Of a stretch of 64,000 bases of DNA, positions 1 to 12,599 are shown one piece after another. The notes beneath the pieces were generated by a model that saw only the letters and a list, made by a program, of their open reading frames with translations, made no database searches and was not told where the DNA came from. Source of the stretch: Octopus vulgaris. Taxonomy: Eukaryota. Numbering within the stretch: position 1 is the first letter of the stretch; each line of letters begins with the position of its first letter. Made by a program: the position numbers and the translations under genes. Location of the stretch: positions 77,810,001 through 77,874,000 of the forward strand of contig OX597822.1 of assembly GCA_951406725.2 (NCBI GenBank), given 5' to 3'.

Positions 1-285
1 CAATGTCGACCTCGGCGGAATTTGAACTCAGAACGTAACGGCAGACGAAATACCTATTTCCTTACTACCCACAAGGGGCTAAAAACACAGAGGACAAACA
101 AGGATAGACGAACGGATTAAGTCGATTACATCGACTCCAGTGCGTAACTGGTACTTAATTTATCGACCCCGAAAGGATGAAAGGCAAAGTTGACCTCGGC
201 GGAATTTGAACTCAGAACGTAACGGCAGACAAAATGCCGCTAAGCATTTCGCCCGGCGTGCTAACGTTTCTGCCAGCTCGCCGCC
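1..285 (-). mobile_element. tRNA-derived SINE with Nin/Deu-like central domain (one full copy plus a tandem partial copy)
   Basis: Minus strand: GGCGGCGAGCTGGCAGAA (A-box-like)...GAGTTCAAATTCC (B box)...GCCTTTCATCCTTTCGGGGTCGATAAATTAAGTACC. Many other copies in the window. Confidence 0.85.
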
Positions 286-589
286 TTGAACTAAACTCGT
301 ACTGCGTGGTATCACTGTACTTCTAAACTTCTGAAGAGGTTGCGATTAAATTAAAATGCAAAAGAGCGTAATGTCAAGCTAAAACAATTTACGTGATCAT
401 TCATTGAAATTTTGAGAAAATTTGACGTATTAATGGAAATTGATAAGAGAGATTAGTTAGTTAGTGAATGTCATAGAGATTAGAGTTAGTGAATGCTGCG
501 ACATGTATAACGATAAACTGAAGCAATTTTGACTTGTTTGGTTTGGACGAGATGAATGTTGATAGTTCAGCGTCAATTCATGAAATGAG

Positions 590-770
590 ATGAAAATTTC
601 AATTGATCTCAGCTCGTAGGTCGTTAGAATTTATTTTGGATAAAAACTGTGGCTTACCAAAAGTAACTTCTACCAAGCGTTTTAAGTCTTACAAATAACA
701 GCGTTTGTTTATGTTAATACCTTAATATTAAGGGATCTGGAACTCCATATGCTGACGCCTTATCATGATT
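590..770 (+). mobile_element. Gypsy/Ty3 LTR retrotransposon pol relic (RNase H end)
   Basis: Translates to SLEFILDKNCGLPKVTS and NIKGSGTPYADALS*, resembling the ADALSR motif. Disrupted. Confidence 0.55.
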
Positions 771-799
771 GGAAATTATTCGTAATGTTATCTGGCATG

Positions 800-995
800 A
801 ACATGAGGATAATAATGACGACGACGATAAGGAGGAGGAGAAGAAGAAGAAAACAATGGCGACGAGGACGATGGCGATAAGAACGACGACGACGACGATC
901 ATGATAAGGATCACGAGAAGGAGGAGGAGGACAACAAGGATAAGAACGATGATCACGATGACGAAGACCGCGACGAAGATGGTGATGATGGTGGT
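800..995. repeat. Degenerate trinucleotide low-complexity tract (GAC/GAT/GAG/AAG)
   Basis: Visible directly in sequence. Confidence 0.85.
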
Positions 996-1285
996 ATTTT
1001 CATCGAATTTGCAGAAGCTGATATTGTAAAACAAAAACAAAACGCTCGAGACTGCCAATCATAATATTACATCCGGTTATCTCGCAAAAGGATCTTGAAT
1101 AATTAGAGCAATTGTTCTTATTGTAGGGTTAAGAAGTTCGTTCTGCAACAACGTGGTTTAGCGTTCAGTTCCACTTCGCAGCTCATTGAGCGAACGACTT
1201 CTACTATGGCCCCAGATCGACCACAATGCCTTGCCAATTAATTTCGTAGACGGAAACTGTGTAGAAGCCCGTCGGAAACTCAGAC

Positions 1286-1322
<37 letters not shown>

Positions 1323-1325
<3 letters not shown>

Positions 1326-1727
1326 CGCAGGAGTAGCTATGTGGTAAGTAGCTTGCTTACCAACCACATGGTTCTGGGTTCAGTCCCACTGCGTGGCACC
1401 TTGGGCAAGTGTCTTCTACTATAGCCTGGGCCTGACCAAAGCCTTGTGAGTGGATTTGGTAGAGGGAAACTGAAAGAAGCCCGTCGTATATATCTATATG
1501 TATGTGTGTATGTGTTTGTATGTCTGTTTGTCCCCCCCCCAACATCGCTTGACAACCGATGCTGGTGTGTTTACGTCCCCGTAACTTAGCGGTTCGGCAA
1601 AAGAGACCGATAGAATAAGTACTAGTCTTACGAAGAATATGTCCTGGGGTCGATTAGCTCGACTAAAAGGCGGTGCTCCAGCATGGCCGCAGTCAAATGA
1701 CCGAGACAAGTAAAAGAGTAAAGAGTA
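1323..1727 (+). mobile_element. Full-length tRNA-derived SINE with CORE-like segment (AGGCGCAGGAG.. family)
   Basis: Head AGGCGCAGGAGTAGCTATGTGG...GGTTCAGTCC, CORE-like CACCTTGGGCAAGTGTCTT, tail GTAAAAGAGTAAAGAG. Degenerate pieces at 1120-1275 and 1810-2010. Confidence 0.85.
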
Positions 1728-2049
1728 TAGGAACAAAAACGCAATAAAGGGCATTAAAACATTCGGACAGATGGACGACACAAAGACTGACAAGAGAAAC
1801 AATAATTTGCGTGTGTCTACGTGTCTACGTGTCTAGCCACCGTTTGACAACCGGTCTCGGTTTGTTTATGTCCTCGTAACTTGGCGGTTCGATAGAATAA
1901 GTACCAGATCTAAAAAATATGTGCACTGGTGTCGACTGAAAAAAAAAACTTTCAAGACAATGCCCTAGTATGGTCGCAATCCAATGACTTTAACAAGTAT
2001 TGGACAAAACAAGGAAAATGATATTAAAAAAGCTTGAAGTCATTAAAAA

Positions 2050-2260
2050 AAATTAATTATTAAGGATGATATCTTACTTGTCTTACCTAAAGGAGAATTA
2101 ATTGTTCCTTTAACCTGTTTGAGATTTTATTCATAAGAGCTCTACATCAGGTTATGCATTCTGACTCGGTGCCAATTCGGACTGGGTGTAAATTAGAATC
2201 ATATTGGCCAGGTTTGCGTGAAGATGTAGACCGATGTGTGAGATGTTCAACATGTTTCTG
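2050..2260 (+). mobile_element. Gypsy integrase H2C2 zinc-binding relic
   Basis: YWPGLREDVDRCVRCSTC, preceded by RALHQ. Same strand as the RNase H relic upstream. Confidence 0.65.
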
Positions 2261-2271
2261 AATTAAAACTA

Positions 2272-2512
2272 CTGGGTTGTCAGATAAATTCATTCATTTT
2301 TTTTCTTTTCCTCATTTATTTCAATCTGTTTTTTATCAACAATTTTAACGAATCTGCTAGTATTATAGTTTCATTCATTGTTCACGACTTTTCTTGTCAA
2401 TAAGCAATGAAGGGTAATATATTACAGGCTGATTTGTTAAAATTGTTGGTGAAAAAATAAAGATTAAAATAAACGGAGGTAAAAAGTTGAACGAAATTAT
2501 CTGATAATCTAA
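2272..2512. mobile_element. Palindromic mariner-derived MITE
   Basis: TA-flanked. About 85-nt imperfect inverted arms (CTGGGTTGTCAGATAAATT / AATTATCTGATAATCTAA). The right arm resembles the 3' end of the mariner at 19775-19857. Confidence 0.7.
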
Positions 2513-3069
2513 TAGAATTACTTCACGCAATAAACACATCACCTAAAGAGATTACATGATGTGTATGTAGTGAGGATTCGAGGATACGCAGACATCACGA
2601 GCGAGCTACAATAGTTTCATGTGATCAGCCTATTAACCGACTAATCAGCGTGAAGCGATGGTGTGAACAGGTTTTCTCGAACATTCTAGAATTTTACTTC
2701 TGGCCCCCTATGAGAAACCGTTCAGCGCGCATTTTTTACCAGTCACATGACCCAGGAACGACTAAGATGGATGGCGCAGATAGACTACAAGAACCACCGT
2801 CACCACGAATACAATTATTTCCAGTTATGTTGAGCAAGTCGCATTTTGTATCAATAGCTTGCAGTAAACTTCAAGCAGTATCTCTTTCCCAGTGTGTAAT
2901 TATTGTTGCTGCCTGTAAAAAGCCAACGTAGTTCATCTTTATATGCGACAATAAAATCTGTTAAATTTTCGTGGGCATGGTTCAATTATTTCATCAACTC
3001 AACCACTCACCACCAGAGACCAGCTCACAACCTTCAGACCACGACACGTGTGTGTGTGTATGATATGAG

Positions 3070-3102
<33 letters not shown>

Positions 3103-3284
3103 ATTACGATTATTTCAAGAATTATGGACTGTTCTTTCCACTTGTTTATGCCTATTCTGTACAGCGAGGAGAGTAGAATAAAGAGGGAGAAACAATCAAA
3201 TAGGTATGAAAACTGTTCGCCAATTGGTATTCTAGAAATGTTAGTGATTGAAAATGCCAGGGAATTTCAGACAGACAGAGAGAC

Positions 3285-3620
3285 AAACATAGGATATGTA
3301 ACACATTGCCTAAATACCAATCTCGAGAAATTAGGTTCCTCAAAAGCAGAAAGGAGAAAGCTAATTCGAAGACTAGAGATCCAATCCATCACTGGAACTG
3401 TAAAAATCTGTAAAACTCTCCAGAAGTTTATCATTTAAATATATATATGCGCATGTCATTCATTCATTCATTCATTCATACATTCATACATTCATACATA
3501 CATACATACATACCCTGTTGTTGAATTTAAAATTCCAATGAAGGAACCTTGGATCTAGATTAGGAACCGGTTCTTTTTCTATGAGCAAGAAATCTTGAAA
3601 TAAACTGAATAAGGACTTAC
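3285..3620 (+). mobile_element. 3' end of a non-LTR retrotransposon (probably RLE-type) with 3' UTR
   Basis: GYVTHCLNTNLEKLG...RRLEIQSITGTVKICKTLQKFII*. Near-identical minus copy at 60360-60650 and related sequence at 34660-34900. Confidence 0.65.
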
Positions 3621-3974
3621 ATACATACATGGAGCTTTGCATCATTGTTAGAAACGAGTTCCTTCTTCAGAGGAAGAATTTAAATGATGAAATACAGAAG
3701 AGACATACATATATTCGTTGGTTCTATGGAGAAGCAGAATGGCTGACTGTGTTGAATAGCAGACTACTTACCCGTTGTCGAGAATGCTCATCCATGGCAA
3801 TCTTTCGTTGTGTTTCAATACAGAACTCAATTCTATGTCACAGACAAAAGCATTCCAGTCATGACCATACCATCTTACATTTTATTTTTCATTTATCAGT
3901 ATTATTATTATCATCATTATCATTATTATTTTCATCTACACTCAACAGATTAGACTATTGGAAAAGAAAAAATC

Positions 3975-4065
3975 CTTGGTGGAATTTGAACTCAGAATGT
4001 AAAGATGGACGAAATACCGCTAAGCATTTAGTCCGGCGTGCTAACGATTCTGCCAGCTCACCACC
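3975..4065 (-). mobile_element. Nin-like SINE head fragment
   Basis: Matches the head of the 1-285 copy. Confidence 0.75.
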
Positions 4066-4090
4066 TATATAAACACACACACATAAACAC

Positions 4091-4144
<54 letters not shown>

Positions 4145-4299
4145 ATAAACACATACACATATCTATATACGTGTGCGCGCGCGCGCATCTTTGTGTCTGT
4201 GTTTGTTCCCCACCACCACTTGGAAACTGGTGCTGATGTGTTTATGTCCCCAAAACTTAGCGGTTCGGCAAAAGAGACTGACAGAATAAGTATCAGACT

Positions 4300-4520
4300 G
4301 AAGCAAAGATAGAAACAAATGGCTTAAAGAGATTTGAATAGAATGCTCGGTAGAGATCGTACAGAAAGTTTGTCTCTTAGAGACAGCAAGGATTATCAGG
4401 AGGGTTCTAAGCACTTGAGAGACTGTCGGAAACGTGTGGATAACAAAAGTTACTGGTAGTAATCCGCTACTCACATAATTCCTACTATGAATAAGACCGA
4501 ACGTGAGCTAAACCAAAATA
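4300..4520 (+). mobile_element. R4/Dong-like non-LTR retrotransposon 3' fragment inserted in a CORE-like SINE tail
   Basis: VEIVQKVCLLETARIIRRVLST*. SINE tail sequence on both sides (4190-4300, 4525-4615). Confidence 0.65.
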
Positions 4521-4829
4521 ATACCTATTGGGGTCGATTCATTTGACTAAAAATATCACAAGGCAGTGCCCCACCATGGCCGCAGTCTAATGACTGAAAC
4601 AAGTAAAAGAGAAAAAAATGAACAGTAGGGAAGTACCACCCAAGTGCAACAAAGGATCCCGAGTCACCCTGGTCACCAATATTACCATGACATGTGCATC
4701 TCTCCTCTTCCTGGTTGTGATTTCTTTTATTTGCCCCCAGGGCGATGGAGAAGAACAATACAAAAGACGGACATGAAGTGTGCAGATGTACATGGAATGG
4801 AATGGTAGGAAAAAAGTATCTGTGGTCTA

Positions 4830-5130
4830 CAATATTTATGTGATCACGTGATCGGCCAGCTATCGGGTGTTGTACATCGCTGGTCACAATGCGATTTGCA
4901 TCGTTTTAGCTTTCAAATAGTGTCACCCTGTTGGGTAAGTGACAATGCCAACATTCCTGCTAATCAGAAGGTTATTCTGTCGCAGAGTTACCATTATTTA
5001 CAGTTCAGTGGATTGGAGCAAGTGAAATGCGTCGTTTTCGCTCAAGAACACAACGCAAAGCAGTTCCGGGAAACGAAATCACGATCTCACGACCGTGCGT
5101 GCCACACACTTTACCACTAGGCCATAAGCC
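4830..5130 (-). mobile_element. Degenerate tRNA-derived SINE
   Basis: Minus strand TGGCCTAGTGG...GATTTCGTTTCC...GTTGTGTTCTTGAGCGAAA, similar to the heads at 35969 and 43393. Confidence 0.55.
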
Positions 5131-5199
5131 TTCATTATACACTATTTATAAAAGAAAGAAAAAAAGCATACATAGCATACATGAGTAAACCAATAAATC

Positions 5200-5420
5200 A
5201 ATAAAAAAAGAGCGGTGTAACCTTCCTGATACATGAGGACCTCTCGGGCCAATCGAGGAAATCCACTATCCAAGATCTCCCAGAACATAGAGACCTAGTA
5301 TCATCTCCAGCTTTTGTTCTCTGAATCATAGGTCTATAACCAGAGCGGTGCCATCCACTCTTGCTATTTTTGCCATTTTCGCCCACTTTTCAATAAACTC
5401 ATTCGATAGTAAAAAGCAAT
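5200..5420 (-). mobile_element. L1/Tx1-like LINE extreme 3' end
   Basis: NEFIEKWAKMAKIARVDGTALVIDL*, resembling KRWVNVAGMARVNDGATLSINL* at the end of the 9360-9885 LINE fragment. Confidence 0.55.
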
Positions 5421-5529
5421 GATGCTGAATTCCAAAGACGTCAAAGGGTTTATGAAAGAAATAACAAAAAAGTTTATGAGATAAACAGAAATAACACACG
5501 GACGCGGTTAATGTAGTTGAGTTATTGGA

Positions 5530-5612
5530 AGGGAACGTGTGTGTGTGTATGTGTTACTGTGTGAGAATATATGTGCATGTGTGTCTATGTGAGAGAGAGA
5601 AAGCGCGCGAGC

Positions 5613-5643
<31 letters not shown>

Positions 5644-5999
5644 CCTATGCGTACACTGTTATATATAAAGCTACATATTAATGGATGACTTTGGATAAAT
5701 GTACATGTGTATGCGTGCAGTATATATGTATTTTGTGTGTCTGTATGTGTGTGTGTGTATATATATATACATATATATATAATATATATGCACATACAAA
5801 CATAAACACACACACAGAGACACACATGTGTATATATATATATATGTACACACACATTATATGACGCCCACGCATAGTTCCCATAAAGTGTCCTGGTGTA
5901 CGTATTGAAATAAATGTAAGGTGGTTGTGCTTAGAGATGCGTGTAAAAATATCTCTTTATGTGTAATTCAGAAAAGGTGTTGGCTGCAGTGATTGTGAT

Positions 6000-6066
<67 letters not shown>

Positions 6067-6195
6067 TGATAGATAGATAGAGTGATAGATAGATAGAGCG
6101 ATAGATAGATAGAGCGATAGATAGATAGAGCGATAGATAGATAAATAGATAGATAGAGTGATAGATAGACAGATAGAGTGATAGATAGATAGAGC

Positions 6196-6273
<78 letters not shown>

Positions 6274-7388
6274 GGAATGGATGGTTAGACAGACAAATAG
6301 ACAGACTGATATAAACAGACAGACAGGCAGATGGTGGTGGAGAGGGTATTTGGTGGTGGTCAAGTTGTAAATTGGTGATGGTGGATATATTTGGTGTAGC
6401 TGGTGATGATGTTTGTATTGATGATGGATGAGAATGGGGAGAGAGAGAAAGAGAGAGAGATAGGTGTGCAAACGAAGAGTTTGAGAGAGACAAAGGAAAA
6501 GGCAGAAAGGAAAGATAAAGAGAGAGAGAGAGAGAGTGAAAGAGAGAGAGAGAGAGAGTGAAAGAGAGAGAGAGAGAGTGAAAGAGAGAAAGAGATGGAA
6601 AGACAGAGGAGGGAGAGAGAGAAAGGAAAAGTGTGGGAGAGAAAAAGTGAAGAGGGAGAGAGACGGTGGGAAGGAGAGACAGAGAGAAGTTAATGAAATG
6701 GTTAAAATTTGTGTGAATGAAGCCGTGGTTATCAGTTGTGTGGGGTAGGTGATAGATAGAAGGGTAGACCTATAGATGGGTAGACAGATAGATGGGTAGG
6801 TAGATGGGTAGGTAGATAGATGGGTGGGTAGATGGATACATGGGTAGGTAGGTAGATGGGTAGATAAATTGGTGAGTAGGTTGATGGGTAGATAGATAAA
6901 TGGGTGGGTAGATAGATATATGGGTGTGTAGATAGATATATAGGTGTGTAGATAGATATATGGATGTGTAGATAGATATATGGGTGGGTAGATAAATAGA
7001 TAGATGGGTAGATAGATAGATAGATGGGTAGATAGATAGATAGATGGGTAGATAGATAGATAGATGGGTAGATAGACGGATAGATAACGAAGGAAATATG
7101 GAGAGATAAATATACAAGTTGGAAAAGAGAGGGAAATATAAATGAAGGAGAAAAGTGTACAGAAGGATAGAAAGTGACGTAGAGAGAGAGAGAGAAAGAG
7201 TGGGAGTAAGGTGAAGGGAGAGGGAAATACACACACACACACACACACACACTATATATATATATATATATATAATTCCGGTCTTGTTCGGTTCGCTCTC
7301 CCCCCTCTCTCCCTCTTGCATACACTCATACGTACATATATACATACATACATACATATAAATATACACGTACATGTATGCATATAAC

Positions 7389-7473
<85 letters not shown>

Positions 7474-7538
7474 TATATATATATAGATAGATACATACAT
7501 AAACTTACATATATTCTTATGTGTGTGTACATGTATGA

Positions 7539-7579
<41 letters not shown>

Positions 7580-7746
7580 GTATGTATGTTTGACACAGAG
7601 AGACAGAAGAGAGTGCGAGTGAGATGGAGAGAGAGAAAGAGAGAGAGGGGGTGTGACAGAGTGGCGGATGTGTTGACAGGTTAATAATATATATCCAAAT
7701 ATAGCGTTTTGAACGTATTATTTCCAGAATAGACATAAACAAACTC

Positions 7747-7777
<31 letters not shown>

Positions 7778-8087
7778 AGCGTGCGGATATATATACACAT
7801 ATGATAATACATATACACTTACGTATGCCATGCAACATGTGTTCGCTTCAATGTATTTATATCTACCTCTCTCTATATATAGAATACGAGTGTTGCTATA
7901 GACATACACGATATATCCATACATACATATATAGATATATGCATACACATACACACACATAGTATACACATAGAGATATCCATACATTCATAATACTTAC
8001 ATACTATATTACATATGTATGTGTATACACATACATATATACACCCATATTTACACGTATATATACACCCATATATACACGTATGTT

Positions 8088-8132
<45 letters not shown>

Positions 8133-8300
8133 TATGCATACATACACACAGATATTGTTATACGTGTGTATATATGTACAATATAATACACATACATTCA
8201 AATGAATATATGTGTGTGAGAGAGAAAGAGAGAGAGCAGTTATGTGTGTATGTATGTATTTATCTATGCGAATATGTAAGTATGAATGTATGTAACATTT
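5530..8300. repeat. Compound microsatellite field: (GATA)n, (GA)n, GGGTA(GATA)n units, (TA)n, (TG)n
   Basis: Visible directly in sequence. Confidence 0.9.
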
Positions 8301-8403
8301 AAACTCACTGGGACATAACATAAAGCGTTTTATATCACGGATACCCTCCGCATGGCCGGATACACAGGCACGCACATACACACACACTGGAGCACTAAAT
8401 GTG

Positions 8404-8496
8404 ATCACGTGATAGTCATATGCAGGTCACCATCCGACTGAGTCTATATCCGACATTCGCCTCAAGATGTGTGACGTCAGCAAATGTTTGACGTCA
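8404..8496. promoter_or_regulatory. Candidate enhancer: E-box palindrome plus two full CRE sites
   Basis: ATCACGTGAT 8404-8413, TGACGTCA 8472-8479 and TGACGTCA 8489-8496, in a non-repetitive island. Confidence 0.35.
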
Positions 8497-8560
8497 TAGC
8501 TTCGTCTGTGAGAAGAGGTGATGGTGGGTTAAAGAGAGAGAGGGAGAGAGAGAGAGAGAG

Positions 8561-8597
<37 letters not shown>

Positions 8598-9359
8598 AAA
8601 AGTGTGTTTTTGTACTGTTTTTGTGTGTGTGCGTGTGTGAATGAGCTGGATGGAGGGGACAGAGATAATTTGATTGGTAAACGTAAATATGTAGATAGAT
8701 AGAAAAATAGATAGGTAAGGAGATAGATAGAGACAGGGAGATCTTGGTGTAAAAGAGAAAGTGTAAAAGGCATAGGGCGAGAGAGAAGGAAAATAAGGAC
8801 AGAAAGGGAGAAAGGATTAGGTAGATAGAAAGGGAGGGAGGGAGGGAGGGAGAGAGAGAGAGAAATATAATACGGAAGCAGGAGGGGAGAGAGGGAGAGA
8901 TAAAGAGGAAGAGACAAAGAGAGACAAGGAGAAAGAAGAAACATTAGGGGAAAATGTTAGACAGACAGACAGACACACAAATAGATAGACAGACAGACAG
9001 ACACACAAACAGACAGACAGACAAACAGACAGATAGACAGAGACACACATAGACAAACAGAAAGACAGACAGACATGTTTCTCTATTGACCACATAGGGC
9101 TGAACACAGAGTGGACAAAATACAAAGTAGAGCTTTTCTTTTTGGGAAGGAAAGAAAAAAAAGGGATCGCGGAAAGAAAAAAGAAAAAGGAAGCCGATCA
9201 TTAGGGATCGTGTATCACAAGTGTCATAATGTAAAAAGGGAAACAGATTAGGATTATTCGTGGAAAGAAAAGCTTACGGAAAAAAAACTACGGTAACCTC
9301 GGGCAATAATGTCATGCAAAAAACACATTACAATAAGTGACTCTTTTTTCCTTTCTTTT

Positions 9360-9885
9360 TCTGGTTCATAGGTTTATGCTCAAAGTGGCTCCGTCATTCA
9401 CACGTGCCATCCCTGCTACATTCACCCATCTTTTTGTGAAAAATTCACTAGACAAAACTTCCTCTTCAAGTGATACTTGAGGAAGTTGAGAGATTCACCA
9501 GAGACGAAAGTGTTTGTCGCTAGACCTTTCAGACGCGTCCACCATAACATTCTTTCGCCATAGCCATAAGTACAATGAAAATGGCTCTTCCTTCCCGTTT
9601 CTAGGAAGGAGGCGCGACAGTATTCACGATAGACTCGGTTCATAAACTGACTCGTCCCACACGCGATAGCAGTCGTTCGACATAGGCCCACAGGTCGGAG
9701 ATGGTTGGACACTGTACGAGTACGTGCAGAGCGGTTTCGTCGCTCTGACCGCATCTCGGGCAGGTCGGCCCCGTGTTTCTCGAGCCATGTCTGTAGAGTT
9801 TATCCCGAACGGGTGGCGCTTCACGATAGCACTGCCAGGCCAGGGATCTCTGGAAGTTGTCCATAGGTCTCGGCCCGACAGTCGT
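9360..9885 (-). mobile_element. L1/Tx1-clade LINE ORF2 C-terminal fragment with zf-RVT-type CCHC motif
   Basis: SLAWQCYREAPPVRDKL...CPRCGQSDETALHVLVQC...LW. Frameshifted. Confidence 0.8.
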
Positions 9886-10189
9886 AGAGAGTGAGAGAGA
9901 GAAAATAAATATGCAGATAGATAGATAGATAGGTAGATAGATAGCAACAGAGAGAGAGAGAGAGAATAAAGGAGAGAGACAGAGGAGAGAAACATTGTAG
10001 AATGAGAGAGAGAGAAAGGGTGAGAGATTTTGATAGGGGTAATGTAGGAAAGAGAGAGCGATGTGATAAGAAGGGCAAGATAGTAATATGATGAGAGGGA
10101 GGTATATGCTATAAGGCAAGAGACGGAGAGGGAGTTTGAGATGTAAGGAGTGGGAAGCAGGGTGGTAGTTGTAGTAGGAGAAGAGTTGT

Positions 10190-10280
10190 GTGATAAGAGG
10201 AGAGCGGGTTGTGGTAGGAGGAGAGGGAGTTGTGGTAGGAGGAGAGGGAGTTGTGGTAGGAGGAGAGGGAGTTGTGGCAA
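10190..10280. repeat. 21-bp tandem repeat (GTTGTGGTAGGAGGAGAGGGA), about 3-4 copies
   Basis: Visible directly. It produces the LPQLPLL repeats in the ORF track. Confidence 0.8.
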
Positions 10281-10929
10281 AGGAGGAAATAAATGATATA
10301 AGAGTAAAAGGAATGGTGATAGGAGATAAGGAGAGGTATATGTAGGGGAGGTAATTGTGGTTCAGAAGAAATTGTGGAAATAGGGATAGAAGTGATCTCG
10401 GTGTTTTGCAGGAAATGGGGAGTTCCTGCAGGAGTGGGGTCGAAGGAAGTTGAGATTGGGCTAAAAGTTTTTCGTCATAGATCTGGGGAAGTGTGACACT
10501 GCAGGAATAAGGAGCTGGTCAGAAATAAACACGGTACATTGATCAGAGAAAAGACAATTCAGAGGGAGAGAGAGAAAGATGAAGAAGGAGCTGGACTATT
10601 TTTGTTGCAACATGCTGGTCAGTTGCTGAGTGGACTCGGCCATTTAGAACCTGAGTATCTTGGGCCCTAACGCAGCTCATTGGCGGTGACAGGATCGAAC
10701 CAAAGAGCTTAGCTCAGCAGCAATTCGTCTATCTTTACGTTTGAGGTCAAATTCCACCAAGATCGACTTTACTTTTCACCCTCTCGGGGTCGGTAAAATG
10801 AGTACCAGCGGAACACTGGGGTCAATCTAATCGACTTACCCACTCCTGCGAACATGCTGACCTTGTACCAAAATCTTAAACCAATATTCATTGTGGAATC
10901 TTTTAAAGATGCTTATCACTCCCGTTGTT

Positions 10930-12410
10930 ATTCCGTTCAACATTGTTTTCCCTAAGCAAAATCCAGAACAAAACAAATTATAGATACAAGATGTATGGAA
11001 AAAAACCATCAATCACGTTTCTATGTTGATGACTTGAAACGGTTTGTTTAAACTGATCTTCTCCAGCTAGAACTCCTTCACAGAGTCAAACAATCCGAAG
11101 ATGACATAAAATAGAATTTGGGCTTGATAAATACGCTAAGGCCACATTTATCAAAAGAAAACTATCAAATACCTGCAGTATCACTCTAGACAGAGATACC
11201 GAAATAAAAGAATTAGCACCCAAAAGGTAGTTATAAGTATCTAAGAGTATGTGAAGGATATGAGATTGAATACTGTGTTGTCGCATAGTAAAAGCTATAC
11301 TGTAAACCGAGTTGAATGCCAGAAACGAAACTGAGGCCAAAAACATGCTGACCATGCTGGTGATCCCATACAGCTTCAATGTTATAAACTGGTCCATCTA
11401 CTTATATTGATGTCAAAATCCAAAAACTGATGACAATCCATTGTATGCAGCATCCAAAAGTAGACATGGACCTAATATATCTTCCGAAAAAAGAAGGCAG
11501 TTGGAGGTTAATACGCTCTCAACTCTCTTTGAAAATTGAAACCAGGGGACTTTCTGCTGATCTGCAACTTACAAACAACTAGGTGTTAAAGCTGACACTG
11601 AAAAAACACCAAAATATGTTTTTGAAAAATGCAGCAAGAAGAACCTGCACCCAAAGGAAAATGTGTCCCCAACTGACAAAGCAAAACAAAAAAATATATA
11701 TATGGCTCAACAAACCAGCCCTCAATACACTAAGAAGAAATGTGAACAAAAATCACTGCATGGCAAATTCCTGAGTAGAGTCAGGGACCCTGATGTAGAC
11801 TAAACGCTTACCCATTAGTGGCTGACATGCTCTGGTTGAAAACCTGAAACTGAGGGGTAAATCATTGCTGCTCAGAACCAGTCCCTTGCAACTAGGAATT
11901 ACTAGAGTAATGTTCTGAAACTTAAAAGCAACCCATCATGCTATGTATGTGAAGAACATCCAGAAGCAATCAACGACATAATATCTGGGTGTGGCTGGCA
12001 GGCACCAGTAGAGTACTTGCAAAGGACAGCTCAGTACATCCACTGGTCAATATTCCATATATACAACTTCCCTCACAAAGAAGGAACAGAAACCACAACA
12101 AGTTGTCCAGAATGCTGAGGCTGCCAACCTTTGGAATTTCAGTGTTCAGACTGATTGGGATATCAAACCACTGATATCAGACCAGATATTCTTGTGAAAA
12201 ATTAGGTTGAAAATAACTGTCTTTTGAATGATGTTGCAGAACCAATTGACAAAAACACATCTCTGAAAACGTTAGAGAGCCTGAGCAAATATAAGGACTT
12301 GGAGATTGAAGCTCGAAGAATGTGGGATCTCAAAATAACAACATTGTTATTGGGACACTTGGAATGATATCAAGAAGTGCAAATAAATATACAGACCAAA
12401 CCCTTGGCGG
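10930..12410 (+). mobile_element. R4/Dong-like non-LTR retrotransposon (RT thumb, CCHC, RLE), pseudogenised
   Basis: INHVFYVDDLK, FGLDK, HPKVDMDLIYLP, KPETEG*IIAAQNQSL, CYVC..EAINDIISGC, RPDILV, KYKDLEIE..RMW. Confidence 0.85.
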
Positions 12411-12599
12411 CCCCAAAAGAAGTAAACTGCACGTAAATTCCACTATATGTAAATACGGTCTCAGTGTGTTTTTCCCCCATAGGCATCAATGTTTTCGATT
12501 GCTTGACACCTTATCCATTAGCATCTTGGATGCAAAGTTTTGTTGCCCCTTGACGTCTCTAGTTCAGATCTGGGTACAAATTGTATAAACTAAAGCAAA

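Noticed and set aside
714-1058. Hydrophobic ORF resembling a membrane protein
   Set aside because: Reverse complement of a degenerate trinucleotide tract.
5198-5386. 62-aa ORF that looked like a host exon
   Set aside because: The sequence resembles the L1/Tx1-like ORF2 end and 3' UTR seen near 9360-9450.
5968-7390. Long ORFs of 164-426 aa with YLSI/IYLS repeats
   Set aside because: Stop-free translations of (GATA)n and (GA)n microsatellites.
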